Shown piece by piece: positions 25,701 to 38,500 of a stretch of 64,000 bases of DNA. Each line of letters begins with the position of its first letter. Position 1 is the stretch's first letter. Source of the DNA: Octopus vulgaris (Eukaryota); contig OX597840.1 in the NCBI GenBank assembly GCA_951406725.2, positions 21,824,001 through 21,888,000 of the forward strand, read 5' to 3'. Under the pieces are notes generated by a model. It did not search any database. It had not been told where the DNA came from and saw only the letters and a list, made by a program, of their open reading frames with translations. Both the position numbers and the translations under genes were made by a program.

Positions 25701-28700
25701 GACCTTGCCTGGACTTGTGCCTTGGAGGGGAACCTTCTAGGTGCAATCCCATGGTCATTCGTGACTGAGGCAAGGTCTTTACCCTTTATTTTTGTTTACT
25801 TACAAGATCTTGGTTTCAATTCCACTTGTAGGTCACAGGAGTTGTGGGACGAGCTGAAAGTCTGTCAGCATGTTTTTTCCTCGCAGCATTGTTGGTTTAT
25901 GCCAAAGCTTCAAAACATCCTTCTCGAACCAGTAAGTGGCCAGCGATTTTGTTTTTACTCTTTATTTCTTTTTTTTGTAATTCATTCTTCTTCTTCTTCT
26001 TGACAATAATAGTTATTATTATTTCTGTTATTATGTGATGGAAACTCATGGCTTATTTTGCTGGGAATGATGGAAAGTCTCAGCCGTCCACAGTCAGCAA
26101 GTGTCACCCTTATAAATTCATTGAACAAATGGTTGACCTATTGAAAACCTGTGTTATGTAAATGCAAACCCCCAAAAAAGCCTGGGGTTTCTACCCAATT
26201 CCTGCATTTACTAAAAAAATATGGAGAAAGAGGATGAGCGATGATGAGCAGGCTTTCATCCAAAAGGATGAAAGACAAAGTTGACCTCTGTGGAATTTGA
26301 ACTCAGAACATAAGAACAGAGAAAATGCTGCTAAGCATTTTGCCCAGCATGCTAATGACTCTGCCAGTTAATGACCCAGTATGTTAACGACTCTTAATAA
26401 TAATAATAATGATAGTTTCAAATTTTGCCCCAGGGACAGCAATTTTGGGGTAGGGGATGAGTCAATTACATCGACCCTAGTGTATAACTGGTACTCATTT
26501 CAACGACCCTGAAAGGATGAAAGGCAAAGTCAACCTTGGCGGAATAATAATAATAATAATAATAATAATCCTTTCTAATATTGGATCAGTTGAAACCTTT
26601 GTCATCATAACCCCCAAATGCCAGCTACCATAACCAGATTTGAACTAACAGCTCTGTGGTTTGTAGCCAACCTTCTACCCTCGTCCCCAGCTGCTGTGTA
26701 CGTTTTTTTTTAATGGCTTTTTATGTTTTTCTTCAGATTGGTGGTTTCTGTTGTTGACTCTCCTCTTTGTGGTGGCTGCCATGTTGTCCAAGGAACAAGG
26801 TATCACAGTGGTTGGTGTGTGCTGTGTCTATGAAATTGTCATCGCCCAAAAGGTAACATACGTGCACAAACACACATTCACACACACACACACAGTCAAA
26901 CATTACCACACGCATATAGATAGACCCTAACTTCACAAGTCTCGTTTGCTTTGACCCTTCAGCTTCCAGATTTCTCTGTCAGTTGTAAAGCTTATTCATT
27001 CACAGTTTTTTATTAATCAAGTTTTATCTCATAGCTACAAGATTTCAATGATGCAATTGTTTATTTTTAGAATGGTATTGTAGGGTAAGTGTGATAGGCC
27101 AGATATGGCCAGTTTGAAGATAAAACAAGCAAATTGTTTTGTCTGGATGTGGCACGTTTAAATGCTAAAGGATTAAAACTGTGATTCTCAACCACTTTTT
27201 GCCTATGGACCAATTCCTATTTTATTAGGATGCACTCCTGAAGCCATTTGAAGTTATAAAAAATTTCATTAGATTTTTTATAATTAAATATTAAAAGGAA
27301 TTATATAAAAAAAATTGATAAAATATTTTGTGTATTGTAGAAGCATAACCAACTTATTGCAAATGAATTTTAACAACAGAATCTTTATGTGAACCTGCAA
27401 GGGCCATACGAATCCCCTGAGGGCCATAATGACCCCAGTTGAGAATCACTGCTCTAAATCGTCGGCCACAACTACCTCTCACCACCCACCATTCCCAATT
27501 CTACCTCGGATTACTTCAACTGCAGCTACCTTCTAAAAAGACCCCCTTCGGTGTTGTAGTTGTAGTAGTTGTTGTTGTTTTTAAATTTGTAGCTGTAGGG
27601 GGAGTTGATTTTATTGACCCCTAAAGGATGAAAGGTAAAGTTGGCCTCAGAAGAATTTGAACTCAGAGACTGAAGACCAACAAAATGCCTCCAAGCATTT
27701 TGACTGGCATGCTTAACAATTCCCGCCAGCTTGCTACCTGATGAGGGTTTCTTAAATTCTAGCACAAGGCTAGTAATTTCGGGGGGAAATTACATCAACC
27801 CCAGCCCTCAGTTGGTACTTATTTTATTGACCTGAAAACAACGAAAGGCAAAGCCAACCCTGCAAGAACTTAGACTCAGAATATAAAGACAGACAAAATA
27901 CTTCCAAGTGTTTCACTCAGCAGAGAAGTGTAGACATGATGATGGCAATGCATCTTCCCGTACACGTGTTAGGATGATTTTTCTCTCTCATGTCTTTCCA
28001 GATAACGCCACAGGGTATTCTCAAGGACTTTGCCAATATTTGCAAAGGCAAAATCTCTTTCCCAGCTTGGTTGAGAACTTCAGTTTTGCGAGGAACTTTC
28101 TTAGTTGGTTCCACGTTGTTCCTATTGCTGGCCAGGATAAAGATTATGGGTGCAGAACTCCCGGTGTTCACAAAGTAAGTTTTCCATTTTTTTACACCAA
28201 ATTCCATCAAGGCCTGCTTCCCTGTAGCCTTCTGTGATTTGGTTCCTTCACTCACATAGGCTTTAACATACACACATGTATGTATACACATACAAATGGA
28301 CACATACATTCATGCATACACACACATACATACATACATTACATATACATATATACACACACATACATGCATGCACGAATGGGTACAAGCGTATGTATAC
28401 ACACACACACAGTCATATAGGACACATACATGAGAGCAGTGACTTTCCCAAATGTTCTGAAGAAGCGACCATAACCCAAAATAATACAGAAAAAACAAAG
28501 ATAAAACTGCAAGTTTGTTTTGTTTTTCCTTTTCTTTTGTAGTTTACCACCACTTGACCAGTGCTTGTGTGTTCACACCTCCTTAACTTAGTGGTTTGAT
28601 AAAAAAGACTGATAGAATACGTACCAGGCTTATAAAATATAAGTGCTGGGATTGATACATTTGACAAAAATTCTTTGAAGTGCTGCCCCAGCATGGCCGC

Positions 28701-31700
28701 AGTCTAATGATTGAAACCAGTAAAAGATAAAAGATACCAACACAATTCTCCACCCACTGTAGTCAATTACGTTGACCCTAATATTTCACTGGTACTTAAT
28801 TTATCGACCCGGAAAAAGTGAAAGGCAAAGTTGACCTTGGTGGAATTTGAACTCAGAATGTAGCAACAGATGAAATACCGCTAAGTATTTCATCCGGGAT
28901 GCTAACGATTCTGCCAGCTCACTGCTTTATCATAATAATAATGATGATGATGATGATGATTTCTGTTTTCCTTTCAGATTCGACAATCCAGCTTCAGTGT
29001 CCTACACACCGAGCCGACAACTAACTTTCAACTATTTGCTAGCGCTCAACCAATGGCTGTTGCTCTGTCCGTCGTGGCTGTGCTGTGATTGGACAATGGG
29101 CACTGTACCGCTTGTGCACTCCTTCCTTGACCTCCGTAATCTCTCTACACTGATCTTCTATATTGTGCTCTTCAAGTTTGTTGCCTTTGCACTGACCAAA
29201 CAAGGGCCGCGGGCAAGAGCCATCATCATGGTACGTAGACTACAGCAACACTTGACGCTCTCCTTTTCCTGCTCTTTATTTACCTTCCTCTCCCCCTCTC
29301 TATCTTTTACACCTTTCCATACTTGCTCTCTCCACTCCCCTCATACTTTCTAACTTACTCCCCCTCACACACATAACTGACTTGTCTTCTAACATACATT
29401 AACTTGCTCCTCCCATGCACACCATAACTTACTCCTCCCTTCACATACATTGTACTTTCTCCTCCTCTCACATTGTAACTTACTCCTCCCTTCACATACA
29501 TTGTTACTTTCTCCCCCTCCTCTCACATTGTAACTTACTCCTCCCTTCACATACATTGTTACTTTCTCCTCCTCTCACATTGTACCTTACTCCTCCCCCT
29601 CATAGAGACTGTAGCCTCATCCTCTTCTCCTGTACAACTTGCTTCACCTTCTCACAGATGTTCTCACTTGCTCTATTTACACAAAACCCATTCTAAACTG
29701 TTCTCCTCCAACACACACACACACCCAGACATTTGCTTTGTCCATTTGAGGCATCCTTTCTCTCACTGGAGTGGACCGGAGCAATGAGAAATAAAATGCC
29801 CTTCTTCAAGGACACAACTCACCACCTTACAACTGACCACTGAGCCAAATGCAACTGTCCACTGAGCCACTTCGCTTCACAAATTCCTCTCAACAGACAT
29901 CATATACACAGATGCTAGATTCCCGTGATAAACACCCACCATCCTCGCACACACACACACACACATACACATTATACACCACACACACACACTCACACAG
30001 TATATACACACACATACCATACATCATACTCTCGCACATACTACATGCATACCGTATATGCACATACCATTCATCATACTTATACATTCTACACACCATT
30101 TCCTCACACACATACCATACACCACACTTACACACTATATACATACACCTGTCACTTACCCTACATGCTCACACACACACACACACACAAACACAATTGT
30201 TTCAATGACCCTAAAACCTCTTCTTCTTCTTCTTCTTCCCCAGAGTCTCACTTTACTCGTTCTGCCATTTGTTCCGGCCTCAAACCTTTTCTTCCCAGTT
30301 GGATTTGTTGTCGCTGAGAGGGTCCTCTACACCCCTAGTATGGGATTCTGCATTCTTGTTGCCCTAGGGTTTGAACTCTGATTCAACACACCAACAAGTG
30401 AGTCTTGCATTTTCCTTTTCATCATCGTCATTTAATGTCCGTGTTCCATTACGGTGCCGCAAGGGCTGGCCAGGCCAAAGCCTGCACCGGACTTCTGTGA
30501 CTGTTTTGGCAGGATTTTGACAGCTGGATGCCCTTCCTTACACCAACCACTCAGCAGAGTGGACTATTATTATTATTATTATTATTATCATAATATATTA
30601 AGGCAGTGAACTGGCAGAATCATTAGCATGCCAGATAAAATGTTTAGTCTCCTCTGGTTCTCTTTTTTGTTGTCCATTCTGTGTTTCCTGTGGTGTGGGT
30701 AAGGATACACTCCATAGGAAGACAATGAACTAAACAGGACAGGAGGAGACACATGGAATGGAGAGTTGGTGTAGAGGTCACAGGAGGTGTGACAAAGATT
30801 TCAGACAAAGGACACTAAAATAATAATAATAAAGCTGAGGTGAAGAACAACTGTATAATGCATGTGTTTATTTGGCAAAAAATTTTTTTTTAAATGACCA
30901 TCCTGAAATATAACAAAATAAGCAATTAAAAACAGTAATTTTATTAACTAATTGTTTTTCGGTTTTGTTTCCAGGACCTTGAAGATGGTACTGTGGGGTT
31001 TGATGGTGTTTTTATTAACAGTTCATGGCTTTGAAAACAATTATCAGAAATTTTGATTGGTAAGTTATCAACCTTTCAACATTTTTGCCACCACATTTTG
31101 TCATCAGCTGCAAAAACTCAGTCACCCCCAGCCTGGTACCTTTATAGGGTTATACTTTGGAAACAACAGACAGAAGGTTTGCTGCTGTGCAAATTGGTCT
31201 CAGCTCTATTCCTGCATGTTCGATTATAATTAAATGTGCTAAACATGGCTTTACACAAAAATATTTTATTGAAAGCTACTTTGTGCAATGTAAACCATTT
31301 AATTCCAGTTTGACCAAGCAATTTGCAAACCAGCAAACATTCCATCAGCTGTTTTCATCAATTTAACATGATACTTCCTGGGGCTGCGAGTGACTGAAAC
31401 CGTTTTCATTGTTGATCAAGTGGAATTTGCAGAAACACCCATGTTCTACAATCTAATGATGATTCAGTCCAAAACAAAATCTGAATTTATACAAGACTTA
31501 GAGGAGAGTTTCCTCTCAGGTCTGTTCTTGCAGCATCAGGCCTTCTTCATCACAGCTGATAACAATCAAACATGTTCTTTACATCATTTTAGCAATTATC
31601 AAAGCAGTCGTTTAACCCTTTAGCCATTCTGATTCCTCTCTCAAATGCAATCCTCTATTTATTCACATTGTTTTCAATTAATCCTGCATTATCTCAAAGC

Positions 31701-32470
31701 TTTCAGATTTTGATTAAGTGACTGTTGTATATTTTTTAGACTAACATTGTAGGTTCTGTGTGAGAGGCTGGATCTGGCAGATTTGAACATAAAACAGGAC
31801 AAACCTTTTGGCTGGACTGACTGGTTTAGATCCTAAAGGCTTATGGCTTTTTTTTAATCTCAAAATTATGATTGAAGGTTTAAAGTTAAAAACGACCATT
31901 TTAAAAATGAATGGTTGTCTATCACGTGAAACAGGGTCAGGTTTTTAGTGGGTTGCTATGAAAAGGGGCTAATTGAATGTTCTGGTTCTATTTTTTTCTT
32001 TTTTTCCAGGCAATCTGAGTATATTTTATTTAAATCTGCAGTGAAGGTCAACCAGAGAAATGCCAAACTGTTCAATAATATCGGCCATGCTTTGGAAAAA
32101 ACATCAAACTGGTCGGAAGCTCTTGAGTATTTCACTTTTGCTGCAAAGTAAGTCTGAAACTAAACTCTTCCATGGTATTTGATAGGTTTCTTCATTCAGG
32201 CATTCGGATTGTGTGGGGCAGCGGGGATCTCTGCTGGCTTTTATTAGACAGCGACATATTATATTTGTGCCATTATTTTTCATAGTTTGATGCTCTTTTT
32301 GTCACCAGCCTTTTCCCATTTGAAAAGAGAGTTTTATTCTGTGACTCCAAGAGCTTAGAACTACAGGACATAGAGTTTGCTGGGAATGGAATGGTTTTTT
32401 GGGGAGTTTTATTTGCACAGACAATCTTATGTGAGAAGCAGAAATGACAGTTTTCATGCACCACTCTTAT

Positions 32471-32505
<35 letters not shown>

Positions 32506-35500
32506 CACAACATATCATCATCAGTGAAGGTGCATGGATCAGTGGTTAGAGTGTTGGGCTCACTATCATGAGGTAGTGAGTTCAATTCTTGGACCAGGCT
32601 GTGTGCCGTATGTTCTTGAGCAAGACTCTTCATTTCACGTTGCTCCAGTTCACTTATCTGTTGAAATGAGTTGCAATGTCACTGGTGCCAAGCTGTTTCG
32701 GCCCCTTCGCCTTTCCCTTGGATAACATCAGTGCCATGAGGAGGAGAGGCTGGTATGCAGGGACGACTGCTGGTCATACATAAACAACTTTGCCCAGACT
32801 TGTGCCCCGGAGGGTAACTTTCTAGGTGCAATCGCATGGTCATTCCTGAAGGGGGGTCTTTAGCCTTTACTCTTAGTCATCATCATTTAATGTCCATTTT
32901 CCATGCTGACATGGGTTGATGGTTTGACTGGGGCTGCACTTGCTCCCCTGTTGTCTGACGTGGTTTCTGTGGCTAGATGCTCTTCCTAATGCTAACCACC
33001 TTACAGAGTGTACTGGGTGATTTTTACGTGGCAAGTGCATACATGCGAGCACAGGCATAGGTGTGTGGTAAGAAGCTAGTTTCTGAACCACATAGTTTCG
33101 GTTCAGTCCTACTGTATGGCACCTTGGACAAGTGCCTTCTACTATAGCTTCAGGCTAACCAAAGCTTTATGAGTGGATTTGTAGATGAAAACTGAAAGAA
33201 GCCCATCGTATATATGTGTGTGTGTGTGTCTGTGTTTGTTGCCCACCATTGCTTGACAACTGATGTTAGTGTGTTTACATCCCTGTAACTTAGCAGTTCG
33301 GCAAAAGAAACTGATAGAACGAGTACTTGGCTTACAAAGAATAAATCCTGGAATCGATTTCTTTGACTAAAAACCCCTTTAAGACAGTGCTCCAGCATGG
33401 CTGCAGTGAAATGACAAGAACAAATAAATGAATAATATAAACGTGTGTGTCTGAGTGTACACGTATACATTCGTGTGTGTGTGTGTTTGTGTCTCCTTCA
33501 CATGAGGTGATGGCTGTAAAGCAATGAGTATCCTTTGTTTCCAATATTCTGTGAGAATATGTCTGGGGGAATGTTGCCTTGCTTGGCCACAGGTGGTGAA
33601 GGTTGGTGACAGGAAGGGCATCCAGGTGTAGAAAATTTGCATCAACAAATTCCATCCAACCCATGCAAACATGGAAAAGTGGAGCATTTGAATGATGATG
33701 GTGGTGGCAGCAGATGAAAATAAGGATTCTGCTCTTTTGATGATTTGCTGTGCTTGAGAAGAAGATCCATCAAACCAAGTAGAGTCGCTGCTGTGGCACA
33801 TATTGGTGTCACACAAGTGGCACCTGTGCTGGTGACAGGTGAAAGCACCCATTACACTCTCAGACTGGTTGGTGTTAGGAAGGGCATCCAGCCGTAGAAA
33901 CCAGGCCAAATCAGACTGGAGTCTGATGCAGCCCCTCAGCTTGCCAACCCTGGTCAAACCATCCAACCCATGCCAGCATGGACAACAGATGTTAAATGAT
34001 GATGTGTGTGATGATGATGATGATGATTACAATGATGGTAGCATTTCCACTGATGGTGAATATCATTCTGTACTTGCAGAGTTCAGCCTGACGACATTGG
34101 CGCCCACATCAACGTTGGGAGGACATATCAACACCTGAATATGTCAAAGGAAGCAGAGAAAGCCTTTCAGACGGCCATTGATCTCTTCCCACCTGTTATT
34201 CAAGGTAGGGGTCATCTTTAAAGTCTTTTATCTTTTACTGCCTCCTGGTGGATCCAGTGTTCAGTCAAATCTTAACATATTCTCTTAAACATATTCTTAA
34301 AAGTTCTTACCAAAACAAAACTTCACTTTTTCTAACCCCAGGTAAAAGTTACACAGCTCGAGTGGCCCCAAGCCATCTTAATGCATTCTTAAACCTTGCT
34401 TCACTTATTTCTAAAAACGAATCACGATTGAAAGAAGCTGAAAAAGTAAGTTGAATCATATTTGTAACATTTTCTTCCCTTAGTTTTATATTTTGTTTAA
34501 AACCCTTCCTTCTATATATTATACAATGAATATCTATATTAATAAAAGCAAAATTCTGTCTGTCCGTCTGTGACCCCTGTGTCTCAGTCTACATGTGCTC
34601 TACATAGACATTTTATACCTTTTTGGAATCATGAGGATTCCAGGATTGAAAATCTGTTCTTCATTCGGTTCTTGAACATCCAGCATTGGGACCTGATTTA
34701 AAAGCATTTGGGTTGCTATTTCTAGCAGGTAAATCTTGGTTGGCATTTGTCAGATGACATCAGAGATGAGGGGGAGAGATAAATGACATTCACTTCGTTA
34801 ATTTTACATCGTGATAAGAACTTTGGGACAAATTGGCCAACAGTTGGGATTGAACTTGCAACTGGAACAATAGAATGATTTCATTACAGAATTAATTCCC
34901 ATCCGTCCTTATTAACCTCTCATCAAACATCCCCTGAGGCATTTTGTGATTACAAACATATTATAGTGATACTGTTTTGCTCTCTTTCGTTTTGGGCTGC
35001 TGGCCCAGTTGGCTCCTCCATAGAAGTCAGCTGAAAAGTCTGCATGGAGTGCGACTTTTAAGCTAGTAATATAATATAGTGAAACTATTGTATCCAGTGC
35101 TCAGGGGCTGCACTGCAACTCCTCAGAAAAAGTATCCAAAAGTGCACAAACAGTATATAGAATAATGCACAGGAAGTGAACAGTGAATGAGTTGTTTTAA
35201 TAAAAAAAAGGTGGGGAGAAAATAAGGTATGTTGTTGGGAGATTTCAGGAAGCTTTTTGAAGGATGTGGTGTCTCAACAGCTAACAACTGATGTGGGTGG
35301 TTTATTCCATGCTTCAGAAATTCGGAGTGTGAAAAAAATGTTTCCAATAGTGATGGGTGTTGTGTTATTTTTTTTTTATTTTGTAAACCTGTCCATGAGT
35401 GTCAAACATATGGAGTTGAAAAAGATGCCCAAGGTTGTTGTTGGAAAGATGGTGGATAATTTTGTGGGTATTTACCAAATCATTTGCCAGACATTGGAGC

Positions 35501-38500
35501 TTTAATGTGTCCATGCCCAGGGAAACAAGATGTTCAGGTTATGGTCGATGCCTGACAGCAGGTATTCATCTGGTTGCACATTTCTAAACAGTTTCCAGGA
35601 GATCGATATGCTGAGCAAGATAAGGGTTTCAGACTGGTGATGCAAACTCTGTGGACGTACCACAGCCATGTACAGCTTCAAATAGGAAACTGCTGTTAAA
35701 TACATCGTTGCCTGATATTTTCACCTCCACTTTTGTTTCTTTAATCTTTTCATCTACATCCCTAATCCTATATTTTAACCCTCCTTTCCATTTCTCTCAT
35801 CCTATATTTTAACCTTCATTTTTATTTCTCTAGCTGTATAAGTCTGCCATTACCATGAGAGCTGATTATGTGAAAGCTTACATGAGTAGAGGAGAGGTTC
35901 TTGTCCGTTTGGGAAGGTAAGTTTCTGTACCTGTCATCGTTTTCTGCATTCAGATTACTCTGTCAAATGGAATGCTCATTTATTCACCTGTCCTATCAAC
36001 CTCCTCCCACATTTCATCGCTTCACACCAAAAAGCACTTGCAATGGTGCTGTGTACAAAACACTGGCGTTCGTTTCACATAAAAAGCACCCAGTACACTC
36101 CAAAGTGGTTGGTGTCAGGAAGGGCATCCAGTCATAGAAACCATACCAAAACAGACGATGGAACCTGGGTGCAGCTCTCCATCCTTGCCAGCCCCTGTCA
36201 AACTGTCTAACCCATGCCAGCATGGAAAATGGACATTAAATGATGATGATCATGATGATGGTGATTGCTTTGAATTAATCCTGGATTATCTCATAGCTTC
36301 AAGGTTTTGGTGATGAGGTTGTTTGTTTTTGGAATGACATTGTAGGGTTGGTGTGAGAGGCCAGATCTAGCCAGTGTGAACAAAAACACAGGCAAAATAT
36401 TTCGACCCCATATGGCCAGTTTAAATGCTAAGGGGTTAAAAGGGGACTGGTAATGCCAATGATGCGAGTGGAAAGGGAAACATGTTTGTTGTACCTCATG
36501 GGATTGAGTTGACCTCTGACTAGAAACTTGCTGTGAGAACTCCCAACCATTAGGTCTAAATACTCCCAACAAGGCCCCTGGTGGTAGTAATGCTAAACTG
36601 GATGGCAGATTGTTTGTGGCTGTATGTCTGTGTGTCTTCCTGAAGTCATGGCTGTCTCAACACTGAGACCACTACAACACCATACCACTCCACTATAGCC
36701 TCAGCTACAGCCATCACTGCATCATCATAATCATCATTGAATGTCCGTTTTCCTTGCTGGCATGGGTTGGATGGTTCGACCAGAGCTGGCAAGCTGGACA
36801 GCTGCACCAAGTTCTAGCTTGACTTGGCTTGGTTTCTACAGCCGGATGCCCTTCCTAATGCCAACCACTTTACAGTGTGTGCTGGGTGGTTTTACGTGGC
36901 ACTGCACAGGGGTTTCTTATGGGGCACCAGCACAAGATTCTTGCAGGCTAATCTTCTTTACCAGGGGGACCGGCCTCAACACTTCTGCTGTGGAGCACAG
37001 GTCTCTTTGAGTACAGCAAGGTGCCAAGCATCTCGGCCCTTTGGCCCTCTCACCCAAAAGGTTTGGCACCATGAGGTCATCCTTCACTACTTCATCACTC
37101 TTCCATTAGTCCATGATACACAAACAGTTGTCGAATGTGAGATTTCCCTCAAACACCGAGACACAACGACACTTTTGCTACCACTGTTCACCACCACCCA
37201 CCCACCCACTACATTAGTCACCACTAACATGCCACTACAACCATCACCACCACTCCTACACCTCTACAGCTACCCCCAACCATAATACAAACCTTCCCCA
37301 ACCTCTAAGCCACTCTCACACTCCCAACACACAATTATGTCTATTTCTACTTTCAATATTACATTTTTTGTATAGATTTTCATATTTTTCTCTTTCCTTT
37401 TTTTTTTTTTAGGTTTTTTTCATCTAATTTTGTTGTTCTTCTTTTCTTTTGTCTTTTCCTCTGATTTCTATTTTCATTTTTCTGCCTCTTTCTGTTTTCC
37501 ATCTTGTTCGTGTCTCTTCTTCTTTTCATCTTTCCTCTCGTTTCTCTTTCTTTCATCTCCAGACTGGAAGAAGCCAAGGAACAATACCGCATCGCCCTCC
37601 ACTACGAACAGTCGGATGCTGATATCTACTATAATGTAATCACTCACTGACATCAACGGACACACTGTTGTTGTTGTTGTTTTGTTTTGTAGAAGCTATT
37701 TCAGGTCTTCTGGGGACTTCTAGTAACAGTAGCAAGTGGGACGTTTTACTACGGGGGTTATTTATGATTAATTAATGATATATAAGCACCCTTTGAACAT
37801 TGGGCGATCTGCTGTGCTTGGGAAGACCCATCAAGCCGAGTGAGGTCACAGTCGTGGCCAATGCTGGTGTTTCGTAACTGGCACCCAGGGTGGTAGAATG
37901 TGTAAAAAAAGCACACCACTACATTCCTGAAGTGGTTGGTTTTACGAAGAGCATCCAGCTGTAGAAACCATGCTAAATGAGATTGGGGCCTGATGCAGCT
38001 CCCCCAGCTTACCAGTTTTCAGTCAAACCGTCCGACCATGCCAGCATGGAAAGCAGACATTAAATGATGAGGATATTCTAGGGAAAAAGACCAGATTCTG
38101 ACAACTAAGGTTCTGTTACATTTGATAGTGTTTTCCTTAGGATATGAACTGTATCCATGGAAACCATTGTTGTTGTTAAGACCCACCTTAAATCTGATCA
38201 AAGAAGCCCCATGTTCCAACCATCCAGTCTTTTATTCATTGATCCTGGTTCAATACCACCCTCTGACGTTGGGTGCCTTTGCCAGATTTCATTCTGCTAC
38301 AAGCTTTCAGATCAAGTCCCCCTCAATCTGGGCAGTGGATTCCTTCCTCTTCTAACTAAACCATAAAACAGTATCTAGGGCTACATCATGCAATATGTCT
38401 GACCCCTCCCCTTTTTTTTTAATTTAGCAGATTGGGAGGAATGAACCCTTTTAACAATCAGATTGTTCTGTCAAATGTTATCTTTTTACATTCACATTGT

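Noticed and set aside
30379-30381. In-frame TGA in TMTC3 exon 8 as possible selenocysteine, readthrough or editing-rescued stop
   Set aside because: It results from a 1-bp deletion relative to copy A; the frame after it is also shifted, so recoding would not restore the protein
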